Origin: Candidatus Flemingiibacterium sp.
Lineage (GTDB): Bacteria > Bacillota > Clostridia > Oscillospirales > CAG-272
DNA: 64,000 bases
NCBI GenBank assembly: GCA_045644145.1
Contig: JAZRGK010000025.1
Location: forward strand, 11,853-75,852
Direction of reading: 5' to 3'
Of this stretch, positions 53,646 through 62,288 are shown one piece after another (the stretch's first letter is position 1; the number at the start of each line of letters is the position of its first letter). The notes below the pieces were generated by a model. It did not search any database. It saw only the letters and a list, made by a program, of their open reading frames with translations, and was not told the origin of the DNA. The translations under genes were made by a program, and so were the position numbers.

Positions 53646-55007
53646 TTACATAATCACAATTTCAAAAGCATCGAGAATAGATGACACAAAGATTGCCACT
53701 ATGAATACAGGGGCGATATATTTGATCATCACAGAAAACATCCGCCGTGCCTTGAATCTGCCGCCCACATCAAGCTCCTCAAGGAGATATGACGGTTTAA
53801 GGATATATCCGGCAAGAATAGCCGTGAAGAATGCCACAATTGGCATCAAGACGCTGTTGGCAAGGAAATCAAAGAACGTAAGAAGATCATCCAGTCCCAG
53901 CGGCTTCACTCCAGAGAACAGATTAAATCCAAAGCAGGTAACAAGTCCGAGAATAAGCGTAAAAGCAAGCACCGCAAGGCATGCGGGAATTCGCTTCATT
54001 TTTAGCTTGTCCTGCAGGATTGACACCACCGTTTCCATGAGGGAAATAGAGGATGTCAGCGCCGCGAAGAATACCATTATAAAGAACACCGCGCCGATAA
54101 TATTTCCGCCGGGCATGGTGTCGAATACCTTGGGGAGAGTTACGAACATGAGGGTGGGACCGGTTTCGAGCGCTTCGGTCGTTCCTCCGGAAAATGCGAA
54201 GACTGCCGGAATAATCATAAGACCTGCAAGGAAGGCGACACCCGTATCGAAAAATTCTATCTGATGTATGGATTTTTCGATGCTTATATCCTTTTTCATG
54301 TATGAGCCGAAGGTTATCATAATACCCATTGCTAAGGACATTGAGTAGAAAAGCTGGCCCATTGCCGCAACCACGGTCATGACGGAGAAGTGAGATATAT
54401 CTGGCGTAATGTAGTACAGAACTCCGTCCCATGCTCCCGGCACAGCAACGATGGTATAAACGGCGATGCCGAGAATAAGCACCACAAGCACGGGCATCAT
54501 GAACTTGCTGACTTTTTCGATGCCTTTTTCAACGCCAAGCATTACAATAAGGGCGGTAAGACCGATAAAGAGGAGAAACCATATAATCGGCTCGCCCACA
54601 ATCTTAAGATAATTTGAGAAATACTTATCTCCTGCCATAACAGCAGACTGACCGAGCGAAAAGCCGAAGATATATTTCATCACCCATCCGCCGATAACCG
54701 AATAGTACGGAAGAATGATAGCCGGGACCACAGCCGCTAAATATCCGACAAAAGTAAAGCGTTTATCAAGCTTCTGAAATGCTCCGATAGCCGAAAGTCC
54801 GGTTTTTCTGCCGATTGCGATTTCCGTCGCCATAAGAGCAAAGCCGAAAGTGACCACTAAGATTATATATACCAGCAAAAACATGCCGCCGCCGTATTTT
54901 GCGGCAAGATAAGGGAATCGCCAAATGTTGCCAAGCCCAACCGCAGAGCCTGCGGCGGCAAGGACAAATCCAAGCTTACCCGAAAACGAGCTTCTTTTCT
55001 GATCCAA
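53646..55007 (-). CDS. sodium-dependent transporter, neurotransmitter:sodium symporter (SNF/NSS) family
   Basis: 453 aa with a TTG start 7 nt after a GGAGGA SD. It has the NSS signature AVGLGNIWRFPY and about 11-12 TM helices. Confidence 0.9.
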   Translation of the reverse strand: MDQKRSSFSGKLGFVLAAAGSAVGLGNIWRFPYLAAKYGGGMFLLVYIILVVTFGFALMATEIAIGRKTGLSAIGAFQKLDKRFTFVGYLAAVVPAIILPYYSVIGGWVMKYIFGFSLGQSAVMAGDKYFSNYLKIVGEPIIWFLLFIGLTALIVMLGVEKGIEKVSKFMMPVLVVLILGIAVYTIVAVPGAWDGVLYYITPDISHFSVMTVVAAMGQLFYSMSLAMGIMITFGSYMKKDISIEKSIHQIEFFDTGVAFLAGLMIIPAVFAFSGGTTEALETGPTLMFVTLPKVFDTMPGGNIIGAVFFIMVFFAALTSSISLMETVVSILQDKLKMKRIPACLAVLAFTLILGLVTCFGFNLFSGVKPLGLDDLLTFFDFLANSVLMPIVAFFTAILAGYILKPSYLLEELDVGGRFKARRMFSVMIKYIAPVFIVAIFVSSILDAFEIVIM

Positions 55008-55284
55008 TGTACTGTCCTCCGAAATTTTGAATACTTGAATATTTTACCACATTTTTTCAGAAATAGCAATGGGATTTGAAAAATTTGTTTTACTATTCCC
55101 CAAAATCCGTGATGTGATAACACTTTGTTTGTAGACACGATGCGAAAAAAATGTTACAATACATTCGTAGCGTGTATTGCGAAATGCAAGACAAAAGTAA
55201 TACAAAATGTGATGCAGACAAGCTGATTTTTTTGTGATATAATCGTATCGACTTGTCAAATATTTGAGAGGAGCTATTACAGAC

Positions 55285-55515
55285 ATGATCAAAACAACGA
55301 ATGACGACACCCGTTTCCTTTGCGAAAATATAGCAAAGCTTCGCAAAATACACGGCTTGTCAAAGACAGCTATGGCAAAACGGCTTAGGATTACCGTAAA
55401 AAGCCTCGAAATACTTGAAATCGGCAAAATTCCGCCACGGGTAAGCACAAGAATACTTTTTCGCATATACGAGGAATTCGGTATACATCCGGCGGATATT
55501 TTTCACCCGATTTGA
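55285..55515 (+). CDS. small XRE-family HTH transcriptional regulator
   Basis: The ATG at 55285 follows a GAGAGGAG SD. The 76-aa product shows the HTH pattern IAKLRKIHGLSKTAMAKRLRITVKSLEILEIG. Confidence 0.7.
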   Translation: MIKTTNDDTRFLCENIAKLRKIHGLSKTAMAKRLRITVKSLEILEIGKIPPRVSTRILFRIYEEFGIHPADIFHPI

Positions 55516-55533
55516 GAGGTAGGGGTAAAAAAC

Positions 55534-55557
55534 AAGGGCTGTCCTGCGACAGCCCTT
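55534..55557. terminator. hairpin between convergent XRE gene and proA
   Basis: Stem aagggctgtc-ctgc-gacagccctt, followed on the minus strand by GTTTTTTAC. Confidence 0.7.
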
Positions 55558-55570
55558 CGTTATTGCTATT

Positions 55571-56818
55571 TTACCGCACCTGACCGTTCCCGGTGATGAG
55601 ATATTTGCCCGTAGTCAGCGCTTCAAGCCCCATAGGGCCGCGTGCGTGAAGCTTTTGGGTGGATATGCCAAGCTCTGCGCCGAAGCCGAACTCTCCGCCA
55701 TCCGTAAAACGTGTGGATGCATTCACATATACCGCCGCTGCGTCGATTTCTTTTCTGAACCTATCGGCGTTTGCCATGTTTTGTGTGATTATGGCTTCGC
55801 TGTGACCCGTGTTGTATTTGTTTATGTGTTCGATTGCTTCGTCAATACCGTTTACGATCTTCACCGCCAAAATGTAATCGTCATATTCAGTTGCCCAGTC
55901 GGACTCCTCTGCCTTTTCGCAGTCGATTATGGCACGGGTGCGATGGCATCCGCGAATTTCGAGAGGTGCACCCTCAAGCGCCGCCTTGAAGCGAGGCAGA
56001 AATTCCTCCGCCTCGTCCTCGTGCACAAGCATGGTTTCAATGGCGTTGCATACAGCAGGACGTGACATTTTTGCGTTAAGTGCAACCTTGATACCAAGGG
56101 CGGTATCCGCGCTCTTATCGATATAAATATGGCAGTTTCCTGCGCCCGTTTCGATTACGGGAACAGTGGCGTTGTCAACAACACTGCGGATAAGTCCCGC
56201 ACCGCCTCGGGGAACAAGCAGGTCTACAAGTCCGCGCATTTTCATGAGCGCCGCAGAGCCTTCTCTTGATGTGTTGTCAACGAGGCATACACCGTCCTCG
56301 GGAAGTCCGCAGTCCGAAAGCGCCTGACGCATAATTTTTGTCAGTACGCGGTTGGTGGCAATAGCTTCCTTGCCGCCGCGGAGAACGCAGGCATTGCCCG
56401 TCTTTATGCAAAGCGCCGCCGCATCAACGGTGACATTGGGGCGTGCTTCATATATGATAGCCACAACGCCAAGGGGCACACGGATATGCTCAATTACCAG
56501 CCCGTTGGGACGTGTGGTGCGTGTGCCTGAGCCGATGGGATCGGCAAGCACAGTAAGCTCCTTTAAGCTGTCCGCGATGCCTTGTATGCGACGCTTATCA
56601 AGCTTTAACCTATCAAGCATAGGCTTTGGAACGCCGTTGGCGTCCGCGTTTTTTAAATCCTCGGCGTTCGCCGCTATAATGCTGTCGCTTTCGGATATGA
56701 GAAGCTCTGCAATTCGCATGAGCGCATCGTTTTTAGCTTTGGCAGATGCTCCCAACATAGCGGATTTGGATGCCGCCGCGGCTTCGCACACCGATTTTAC
56801 ATATTCCTGTATATCCAT
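55571..56818 (-). CDS. proA: glutamate-5-semialdehyde dehydrogenase (gamma-glutamyl phosphate reductase)
   Basis: 415 aa of the aldehyde dehydrogenase fold with ProA-typical stretches (IYEARPNVTVDAAALCIKTGNA, ASTRFTDGGEFG). The SD is AGGAGAA. Confidence 0.93.
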   Translation of the reverse strand: MDIQEYVKSVCEAAAASKSAMLGASAKAKNDALMRIAELLISESDSIIAANAEDLKNADANGVPKPMLDRLKLDKRRIQGIADSLKELTVLADPIGSGTRTTRPNGLVIEHIRVPLGVVAIIYEARPNVTVDAAALCIKTGNACVLRGGKEAIATNRVLTKIMRQALSDCGLPEDGVCLVDNTSREGSAALMKMRGLVDLLVPRGGAGLIRSVVDNATVPVIETGAGNCHIYIDKSADTALGIKVALNAKMSRPAVCNAIETMLVHEDEAEEFLPRFKAALEGAPLEIRGCHRTRAIIDCEKAEESDWATEYDDYILAVKIVNGIDEAIEHINKYNTGHSEAIITQNMANADRFRKEIDAAAVYVNASTRFTDGGEFGFGAELGISTQKLHARGPMGLEALTTGKYLITGNGQVR

Positions 56819-56829
56819 AGATGTTTCTC

Positions 56830-58008
56830 CTAAATTCTGACTAATGTCCCAAGCGCACGTTCAAGGGATGCGAGGAATGTGTCCGCTTCCTCTATAGTAT
56901 TCTCTCTCCCAAGGCTCACGCGGATAGTGCAGTCCGCTTCCCTGTCAGAAAGCCCGAAAGCCCTAAGCGTATAACTGCCGTGCCCCGTGTTTGATGAGCA
57001 GGCAGAGCCGCTTGACACATATATTCCGTCCGCCGACAAAAAGTGGAGAGCGGTTTCGCTTTTAATATTGGGTAAGGTTATACTCAAAATATGCGGTGCG
57101 GATTTTTCCGGGAGATTTAGCTTAACCCCGGCAAAACGGGACTCGTCCCGAAGTGCGGAAATAAGATGCTCTCTGATTGCACTCGCGGTTTCGGCAAACT
57201 CGCGTACATTTCCCATTGCCGCCTTTACAGCCGCTCCGAAGCCTGCAATCCCCGGAACATTTTCTGTGCCGGAACGGAAGCCCCATTCCTGACCGCCGCC
57301 GAAAATAATGGGGGAGATCTGACGCTTTTTCAGTACATCCGCTGTCACATAAAGCGCACCGATACCCTTTGGTCCGCCGATTTTGTGGGCGCTTACGGTG
57401 ATAAGGTCCGCACCCAGCGTTTTTTCGGTAATCGGCAGTTTCATATATCCCTGAACCAGATCGGTGTGCATCAGCGCCTCGGGATTCGCCGCCTTGATAA
57501 TTGAAGAAATACGCTTTATATCATAGATAGCGCCGGTTTCGTTGTTTACCGTCATAAAGCTGGCAAGAACGGTATTTTTGTCCGCCTCGCGTTCGATCAT
57601 TCCGTAATCGGGCACTCCGCCGACAGTTGGAATACGCGCCACATTGAATCCGCGCCGCTCAAGCTCTGCCGCAGGTTCAAGAACCGCAGGATGCTCGCTG
57701 TCTGAAACAATGATTTTTTTGCCCTGTGCAAAATTCTTCGCCGCCGCCGTTCCAAGAAGTGCAAGATTGTCCGCCTCAGTACCGCTTGCCGTGAATATAA
57801 GCTGTTTTTCCGTGATCTTGGATATAGGACGCACGCCGAGAGAAGAAAGCACTGCCTTTCTTGCATCGGACACAAGCTTTTCGGCGTCTACACCCATTGT
57901 ATGAAGCGATGATGGGTTTCCCCATGCTTCCATCGCTGTAAAAACAGCTTCCCTTGCCTCAGGGCACATAGGAGTTGTGGCGCTGTTGTCAAAATATATT
58001 TTTTTCAT
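56830..58008 (-). CDS. nifS: cysteine desulfurase (NifS/IscS class V aminotransferase)
   Basis: Motifs are MKKIYFDNSATTP, the PLP lysine SAHKIGGPKG and the active-site Cys SSGSACSS. The ATG at 58008 lies 2 nt after the upstream stop. Confidence 0.9.
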   Translation of the reverse strand: MKKIYFDNSATTPMCPEAREAVFTAMEAWGNPSSLHTMGVDAEKLVSDARKAVLSSLGVRPISKITEKQLIFTASGTEADNLALLGTAAAKNFAQGKKIIVSDSEHPAVLEPAAELERRGFNVARIPTVGGVPDYGMIEREADKNTVLASFMTVNNETGAIYDIKRISSIIKAANPEALMHTDLVQGYMKLPITEKTLGADLITVSAHKIGGPKGIGALYVTADVLKKRQISPIIFGGGQEWGFRSGTENVPGIAGFGAAVKAAMGNVREFAETASAIREHLISALRDESRFAGVKLNLPEKSAPHILSITLPNIKSETALHFLSADGIYVSSGSACSSNTGHGSYTLRAFGLSDREADCTIRVSLGRENTIEEADTFLASLERALGTLVRI

Positions 58009-58010
58009 TA

Positions 58011-58538
58011 TCAATGGAATCTGAACTCGGCGAGGATAGCGATGATATCCTCAAAATGTGCATCGTAGCGGCTTTCCTCGGCGGTGTATGTGAAAATATA
58101 CACTTTGGCATCCTTGAAAGCCACTATTTGCATGAATTTGTAGCTCATATTAACCATAGTTCCGGTGTAAACATACTGCACTGCAGGAACGCCGTCAAGT
58201 TCCAGCTCCTCAGGATCATGTATATACTCGAGATCCGAGAATACTGCCTTAAGAGAAGGTTCGTAAGTTTCCCAATAATCTGCGATGCTGGTAACAGAGC
58301 CGTCAAGCTCATAAGCGATCAAGGAAATGTTGGCAGGGTCTTTCCCGCTGTAATATGCAGCAGTAACACCGGTGGAAATGTCCGCAGTCCACTCCTCGGG
58401 CACAAACAGATCGTATGTAACGCCCTCGTCGGAGATCTCCTTAAATCCCATAGGAGCATCGCTATCAACATTTCCACAGGATACCATAACGGATGTGCTT
58501 AAAATTACAGCGAATATAAGAGAAATGATTTTTTTCAT
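58011..58538 (-). CDS. hypothetical lipoprotein
   Basis: 175 aa with a GAGGTG SD and a signal peptide plus Cys (IFAVILSTSVMVSCGN). I saw no catalytic motif. Confidence 0.7.
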   Translation of the reverse strand: MKKIISLIFAVILSTSVMVSCGNVDSDAPMGFKEISDEGVTYDLFVPEEWTADISTGVTAAYYSGKDPANISLIAYELDGSVTSIADYWETYEPSLKAVFSDLEYIHDPEELELDGVPAVQYVYTGTMVNMSYKFMQIVAFKDAKVYIFTYTAEESRYDAHFEDIIAILAEFRFH

Positions 58539-58570
58539 AGAAACACCTCATAAGAATAATTATTTAGTTT

Positions 58571-58600
58571 ATTATACCTCGTTAATTGACTGTTTGTCAA
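58571..58600 (-). promoter_or_regulatory. sigma-A promoter of the lipoprotein-nifS-proA operon
   Basis: Reverse strand reads TTGACA-18 nt-TATAAT. Confidence 0.55.
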
Positions 58601-58684
58601 CTCCGATTTTGTAAACAGAGATGGAGTTAATTGTTAATATGCGTCAGTTCCCCAGAGCAAAACCAGTAATTTTTCAAGCAAACA

Positions 58685-58713
58685 AAAAGCTCCGATAAGG
58701 AATCGAAGCTTCA
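58685..58713 (-). terminator. terminator after RNase P RNA
   Basis: The minus strand reads AGCTTCGAT-TCCTT-ATCGGAGCT (one G-U pair) followed by TTTTTGTTTG. Confidence 0.7.
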
Positions 58714-58726
58714 TATTATAAAATAT

Positions 58727-59112
58727 GCGAGTGAATCCATAAGCCGGGTTCTGTTTTAGCGATCATCTATCTTTGCGCACCGTTGCCGGCTCGCTCAGCA
58801 GTAAAGCAAAGCCGTACCGCTTGCCACCCATGGAATCTGTCGGGCAGACAGCCCTGCGTAATAAGCGCAGGGGTTCCATATGCGGTGTTGCTTCGGATAG
58901 GGTTTACAGCGGACCTATGTTACCATAGGAACTCGTGAGCTCTTACCTCGCGTTTCCATCCTTACCGATAAAATCGGCGGTTTATTTCTGTTGCACTTTC
59001 CCGGAGGTCACCCTCGGCGGACGTTATCCGTTATCCTGCCCTTTGAAGCCCGGACTTTCCTCACGGTAATACCTTTCGGCTACATACCGCGCGATCACCC
59101 GAATCACTCGCG
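58727..59112 (-). ncRNA. rnpB: RNase P RNA (bacterial, type A-like)
   Basis: The reverse strand contains the universally conserved GAGGAAAGTCCGGGC and ACAGAACCCGGCTTA (P4 halves) and GGTAAGAGCTCAC. The 5' GCGAGTGA pairs with the 3' TCACTCGC (P1). The track ORF 58991-59290 is an artefact on its antisense. Confidence 0.92.
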
Positions 59113-59118
59113 TATAAA

Positions 59119-59147
59119 ATTATACCACAACTTTGGGGGCTTGTCAA
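59119..59147 (-). promoter_or_regulatory. consensus sigma-A promoter of rnpB
   Basis: Reverse strand reads TTGACA-17 nt-TATAAT with a TG extension. The -10 ends 7 nt before the P1 5' strand. Confidence 0.75.
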
Positions 59148-59357
59148 CGGTCGCGGCTCAAAAAACCTCTGTTGGATTTTTTGTTCTGCGCTTTGTGAAT
59201 GCCACGAAAAGTGTACAGTTTTTTAAAAAATGCGCACAATTATTTACAGTCTGTATATTGCGAAGATGCTTTTTTTATGCTATAATATAATGTATATTTA
59301 TATTCTTACCGCTGTGTTATCCACGCGATAACCGGGAATATGATCAAGGAGCTTCTC

Positions 59358-62288
59358 ATGAAAATCGGACTTGACATCGGTTCAACAACACTTAAATGCG
59401 TTGTGATGGACGATGAAAACAAAATAATATATAAATCCTACAAACGGCATTTTGCAAAGATCAACGAGGCGACCTCTGAACTTTTGCGCACACTGTGTGC
59501 CGAGGTTTCGGGGGCTTCCGATGCCCTGCTGTCCGTTTCCGGCTCTGCAGGTATGGGTATGGCTGAAGCTTGCGGCATCGGCTTCGTTCAAGAGGTGTAC
59601 GCTACACGTCTTGCAGTCAAGCGTCTTATCCCCGAAACAGACGTGGTAATTGAGCTTGGCGGAGAGGATGCGAAAATACTTTACCTTGACGGAACTATGG
59701 AGGTACGCATGAACGGCACCTGCGCCGGCGGCACAGGTGCGTTCATAGACCAAATGGCAACTCTGCTTGCTGTTACTCCCGATGACCTGAATGATCTTTC
59801 TCACGGCTGTGAAAAAATATATACTATCGCGTCACGGTGCGGCGTTTTCGCAAAAAGCGACATCCAGCCGCTTATTAACCAGGGCGCAAGAAAAGAGGAT
59901 ATTGCGGCGAGCATATTCTATGCGGTTGTCAATCAGACTATCGCAGGGCTTGCCCAAGGACGTCCTATCGAGGGCAAAGTGGTATATCTTGGCGGTCCGC
60001 TTACATTCATGGACGGTCTTCGCGGCGCTTTTGACAAGTCACTCGGGCTATCCGGAATATGTCCCGACAATTCCCTTTATTTCGTGGCAATCGGCGCGGC
60101 ACTGGGAGCAGAACTTGGCACAGATCATATCACCTTAAAGGAAGCCGCCGAGCGAATAGCAGAATATCGCACTGAGGGGCGCTATCTCTCGTGCAGACCG
60201 CTGTTTGAATCCGAAGCGGAATATGCGGAGTTTGCCGAACGTCACAGTGCAGATAAGGTAGAACATAAGACCCCCGAGAATTATTCGGGAAAAGCATACA
60301 TAGGAATCGATGCCGGTTCTACTACGGTTAAGGTGGTTGTTATGAACGAGGACGGCGACATCCTCTGCTCTTTATACCGCCCCAACAACGGTAATCCCGT
60401 GCCGATAATAAGAGAATTCCTTGCGGATTTTTACAGTAAGTACCCGAACATAACCGTTGCCGGCTCTGCGGTTACCGGTTATGGCGAGGAGATCGTCAAA
60501 AATGCATTCGCGGCAGACTGCGGCATTGTTGAAACCATGGCGCATTTCTTTGCTGCAAAGCATTTTTTGCCTTCCGTTGATTTTATAATCGATATCGGCG
60601 GTCAGGATATAAAGTGCTTCAAAATAAGAAACGGTGCCATCGACAACATTTTCTTAAACGAGGCATGCTCATCCGGATGCGGATCATTTCTTCAGACATT
60701 TGCCAGAGCACTCGGTGTGGATATTGCGGAATTTGCACGTCAGGGACTATTTGCAAAGTCCCCCGTTGACCTTGGTTCACGCTGTACGGTGTTTATGAAT
60801 TCCTCGGTGAAGCAGGCGCAAAAGGATGGGGCGACCGTTGACAATATTTCCGCCGGTCTGTCCATATCCGTTGTCAAAAACGCCCTTTACAAGGTAATCC
60901 GCGCATCGGAACCAGATGATCTTGGTAAAAATATAGTTGTGCAGGGCGGTACGTTCCTAAATGATGCGGTTCTACGTGCTTTCGAGCAGGAAATCGGCAG
61001 AAATGTGGTTCGTCCCAATATCGCCGGACTTATGGGAGCGTACGGCGCGGCTATTTATGCGAAGGACACTGCAAATGGCATATCAACGCTTCTTGATGCC
61101 GAGAAATTAGCGGATTTTAAGCATGATGTAAAGGTAACCACCTGCGGTCTGTGCGAGAACCATTGCCGCCTCACCGTCAACACCTTTGACGGCGGCAGAA
61201 AATTCATCGGCGGCAACCGATGCGAGCGTCCCACTGCAAGGGGCGGCACGCTTAAGTATTACGACCTTTACGAATATAAGCTTGAGCTGCTTAACTCATA
61301 CACGGACAAGCCCGAAAATCCCAAGGCACGCATAGGTCTTCCCATGGGGCTTAATATGTACGAAATGCTTCCGTTTTGGCACACGCTTTTCACTAAGCTG
61401 GGATTTGAACTTGTGCTGTCACCACGCTCCGACAGAAAGCTGTATCTGCGCGGTCAGCATACCATTCCTTCGGATACGGTGTGCTTCCCGGCGAAGCTTA
61501 TTCACGGTCACATTGAGGCGCTTATTGACGAGGATGTTGATGCCGTCTTCTATCCCTGTATGACTTACAACTTCAATGAGAAGATGGGCGACAATCATTA
61601 CAACTGTCCCGTTGTGGCGTATTACCCCGAGGTAATCGGCGCAAATGTGCCACGTCTAAGGGGCGGTGTTAAGTTTATTCAGGATTATATTGGCGTTCAC
61701 CGTCCAAAGGATTTCGCTGTAAAGCTTCACGGAATACTCGAAAAATATTTCGGAAGCCTTGATATAAACGCGGTAAAAACCGCATGTGCAGCGGCATATG
61801 CGGAGCGTGAGGCGTTCCTTATGCGCGTGCGTGAAAAGGGCGAAGAATTTATCCGCAGGGCAAGGGAAGAAGGTATGCCCATAATCGTGCTTTCCGGCCG
61901 TCCGTATCACGTTGATCCCGAGATAAACCACGGTATAAACCGTCTTATCTGTGAGTGCGGTGCCGCGGTCATAACCGAGGATGCGGTAAGTCATCTTGCG
62001 GACAAATTCAAAGTGAATGTGCTCAATCAGTGGACGTACCATTCCCGTCTTTATGCGGCGGCGAAATATGTGGACAAAACAGACGACATGAATCTTGTCC
62101 AGCTTGTATCCTTTGGATGCGGCGTTGATGCAATTACCACAGATGAGGTGCGTTCCATACTCGAAGATGCAGGAAAGATATATACCCAGATAAAAATTGA
62201 CGAGATAACCAATCTCGGTGCGGTGAAGATAAGGCTGCGCAGCCTGTTTGCGGCATGCGAGGCTAAGAAAAGAGAGGAGAAGGCATAA
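59358..62288 (+). CDS. fused tandem HgdC/BcrAD-type activase (2 ASKHA ATPase repeats) with C-terminal dehydratase-related domain
   Basis: The ATG at 59358 follows an AAGGAG SD. The repeats start MKIGLDIGSTTLKCVV and AYIGIDAGSTTVKVVV. Each repeat keeps two Cys (NGTCAGG/ASRCGVF and NEACSSG/GSRCTVF). These are followed by the patch CGLCENHC...NRCERP and a C-terminal ~340-aa domain. Confidence 0.85.
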   Translation: MKIGLDIGSTTLKCVVMDDENKIIYKSYKRHFAKINEATSELLRTLCAEVSGASDALLSVSGSAGMGMAEACGIGFVQEVYATRLAVKRLIPETDVVIELGGEDAKILYLDGTMEVRMNGTCAGGTGAFIDQMATLLAVTPDDLNDLSHGCEKIYTIASRCGVFAKSDIQPLINQGARKEDIAASIFYAVVNQTIAGLAQGRPIEGKVVYLGGPLTFMDGLRGAFDKSLGLSGICPDNSLYFVAIGAALGAELGTDHITLKEAAERIAEYRTEGRYLSCRPLFESEAEYAEFAERHSADKVEHKTPENYSGKAYIGIDAGSTTVKVVVMNEDGDILCSLYRPNNGNPVPIIREFLADFYSKYPNITVAGSAVTGYGEEIVKNAFAADCGIVETMAHFFAAKHFLPSVDFIIDIGGQDIKCFKIRNGAIDNIFLNEACSSGCGSFLQTFARALGVDIAEFARQGLFAKSPVDLGSRCTVFMNSSVKQAQKDGATVDNISAGLSISVVKNALYKVIRASEPDDLGKNIVVQGGTFLNDAVLRAFEQEIGRNVVRPNIAGLMGAYGAAIYAKDTANGISTLLDAEKLADFKHDVKVTTCGLCENHCRLTVNTFDGGRKFIGGNRCERPTARGGTLKYYDLYEYKLELLNSYTDKPENPKARIGLPMGLNMYEMLPFWHTLFTKLGFELVLSPRSDRKLYLRGQHTIPSDTVCFPAKLIHGHIEALIDEDVDAVFYPCMTYNFNEKMGDNHYNCPVVAYYPEVIGANVPRLRGGVKFIQDYIGVHRPKDFAVKLHGILEKYFGSLDINAVKTACAAAYAEREAFLMRVREKGEEFIRRAREEGMPIIVLSGRPYHVDPEINHGINRLICECGAAVITEDAVSHLADKFKVNVLNQWTYHSRLYAAAKYVDKTDDMNLVQLVSFGCGVDAITTDEVRSILEDAGKIYTQIKIDEITNLGAVKIRLRSLFAACEAKKREEKA

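Noticed and set aside
55008-55284. The 277-nt intergenic region upstream of the SNF transporter, examined for a riboswitch or T-box (for example glycine or amino-acid sensing).
   Set aside because: A promoter (TTGCTA-17-TAAAAT with TG extension) lies only ~35 nt upstream of the SD, which leaves no room for a structured leader. The rest is A/T-rich spacer shared with the divergent XRE promoter.
58991-59290. Track ORFs lying on RNA genes: 58991-59290 (on rnpB), 35296-35700 and 35637-35882 (on SRP RNA), and 41279-41602 and 41497-41691 (on the tRNA operon).
   Set aside because: These regions fold into or match conserved structural RNAs (RNase P P4 sequences, SRP domain IV, two hand-folded cloverleaves). 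The ORFs have no SD and overlap promoters and terminators.
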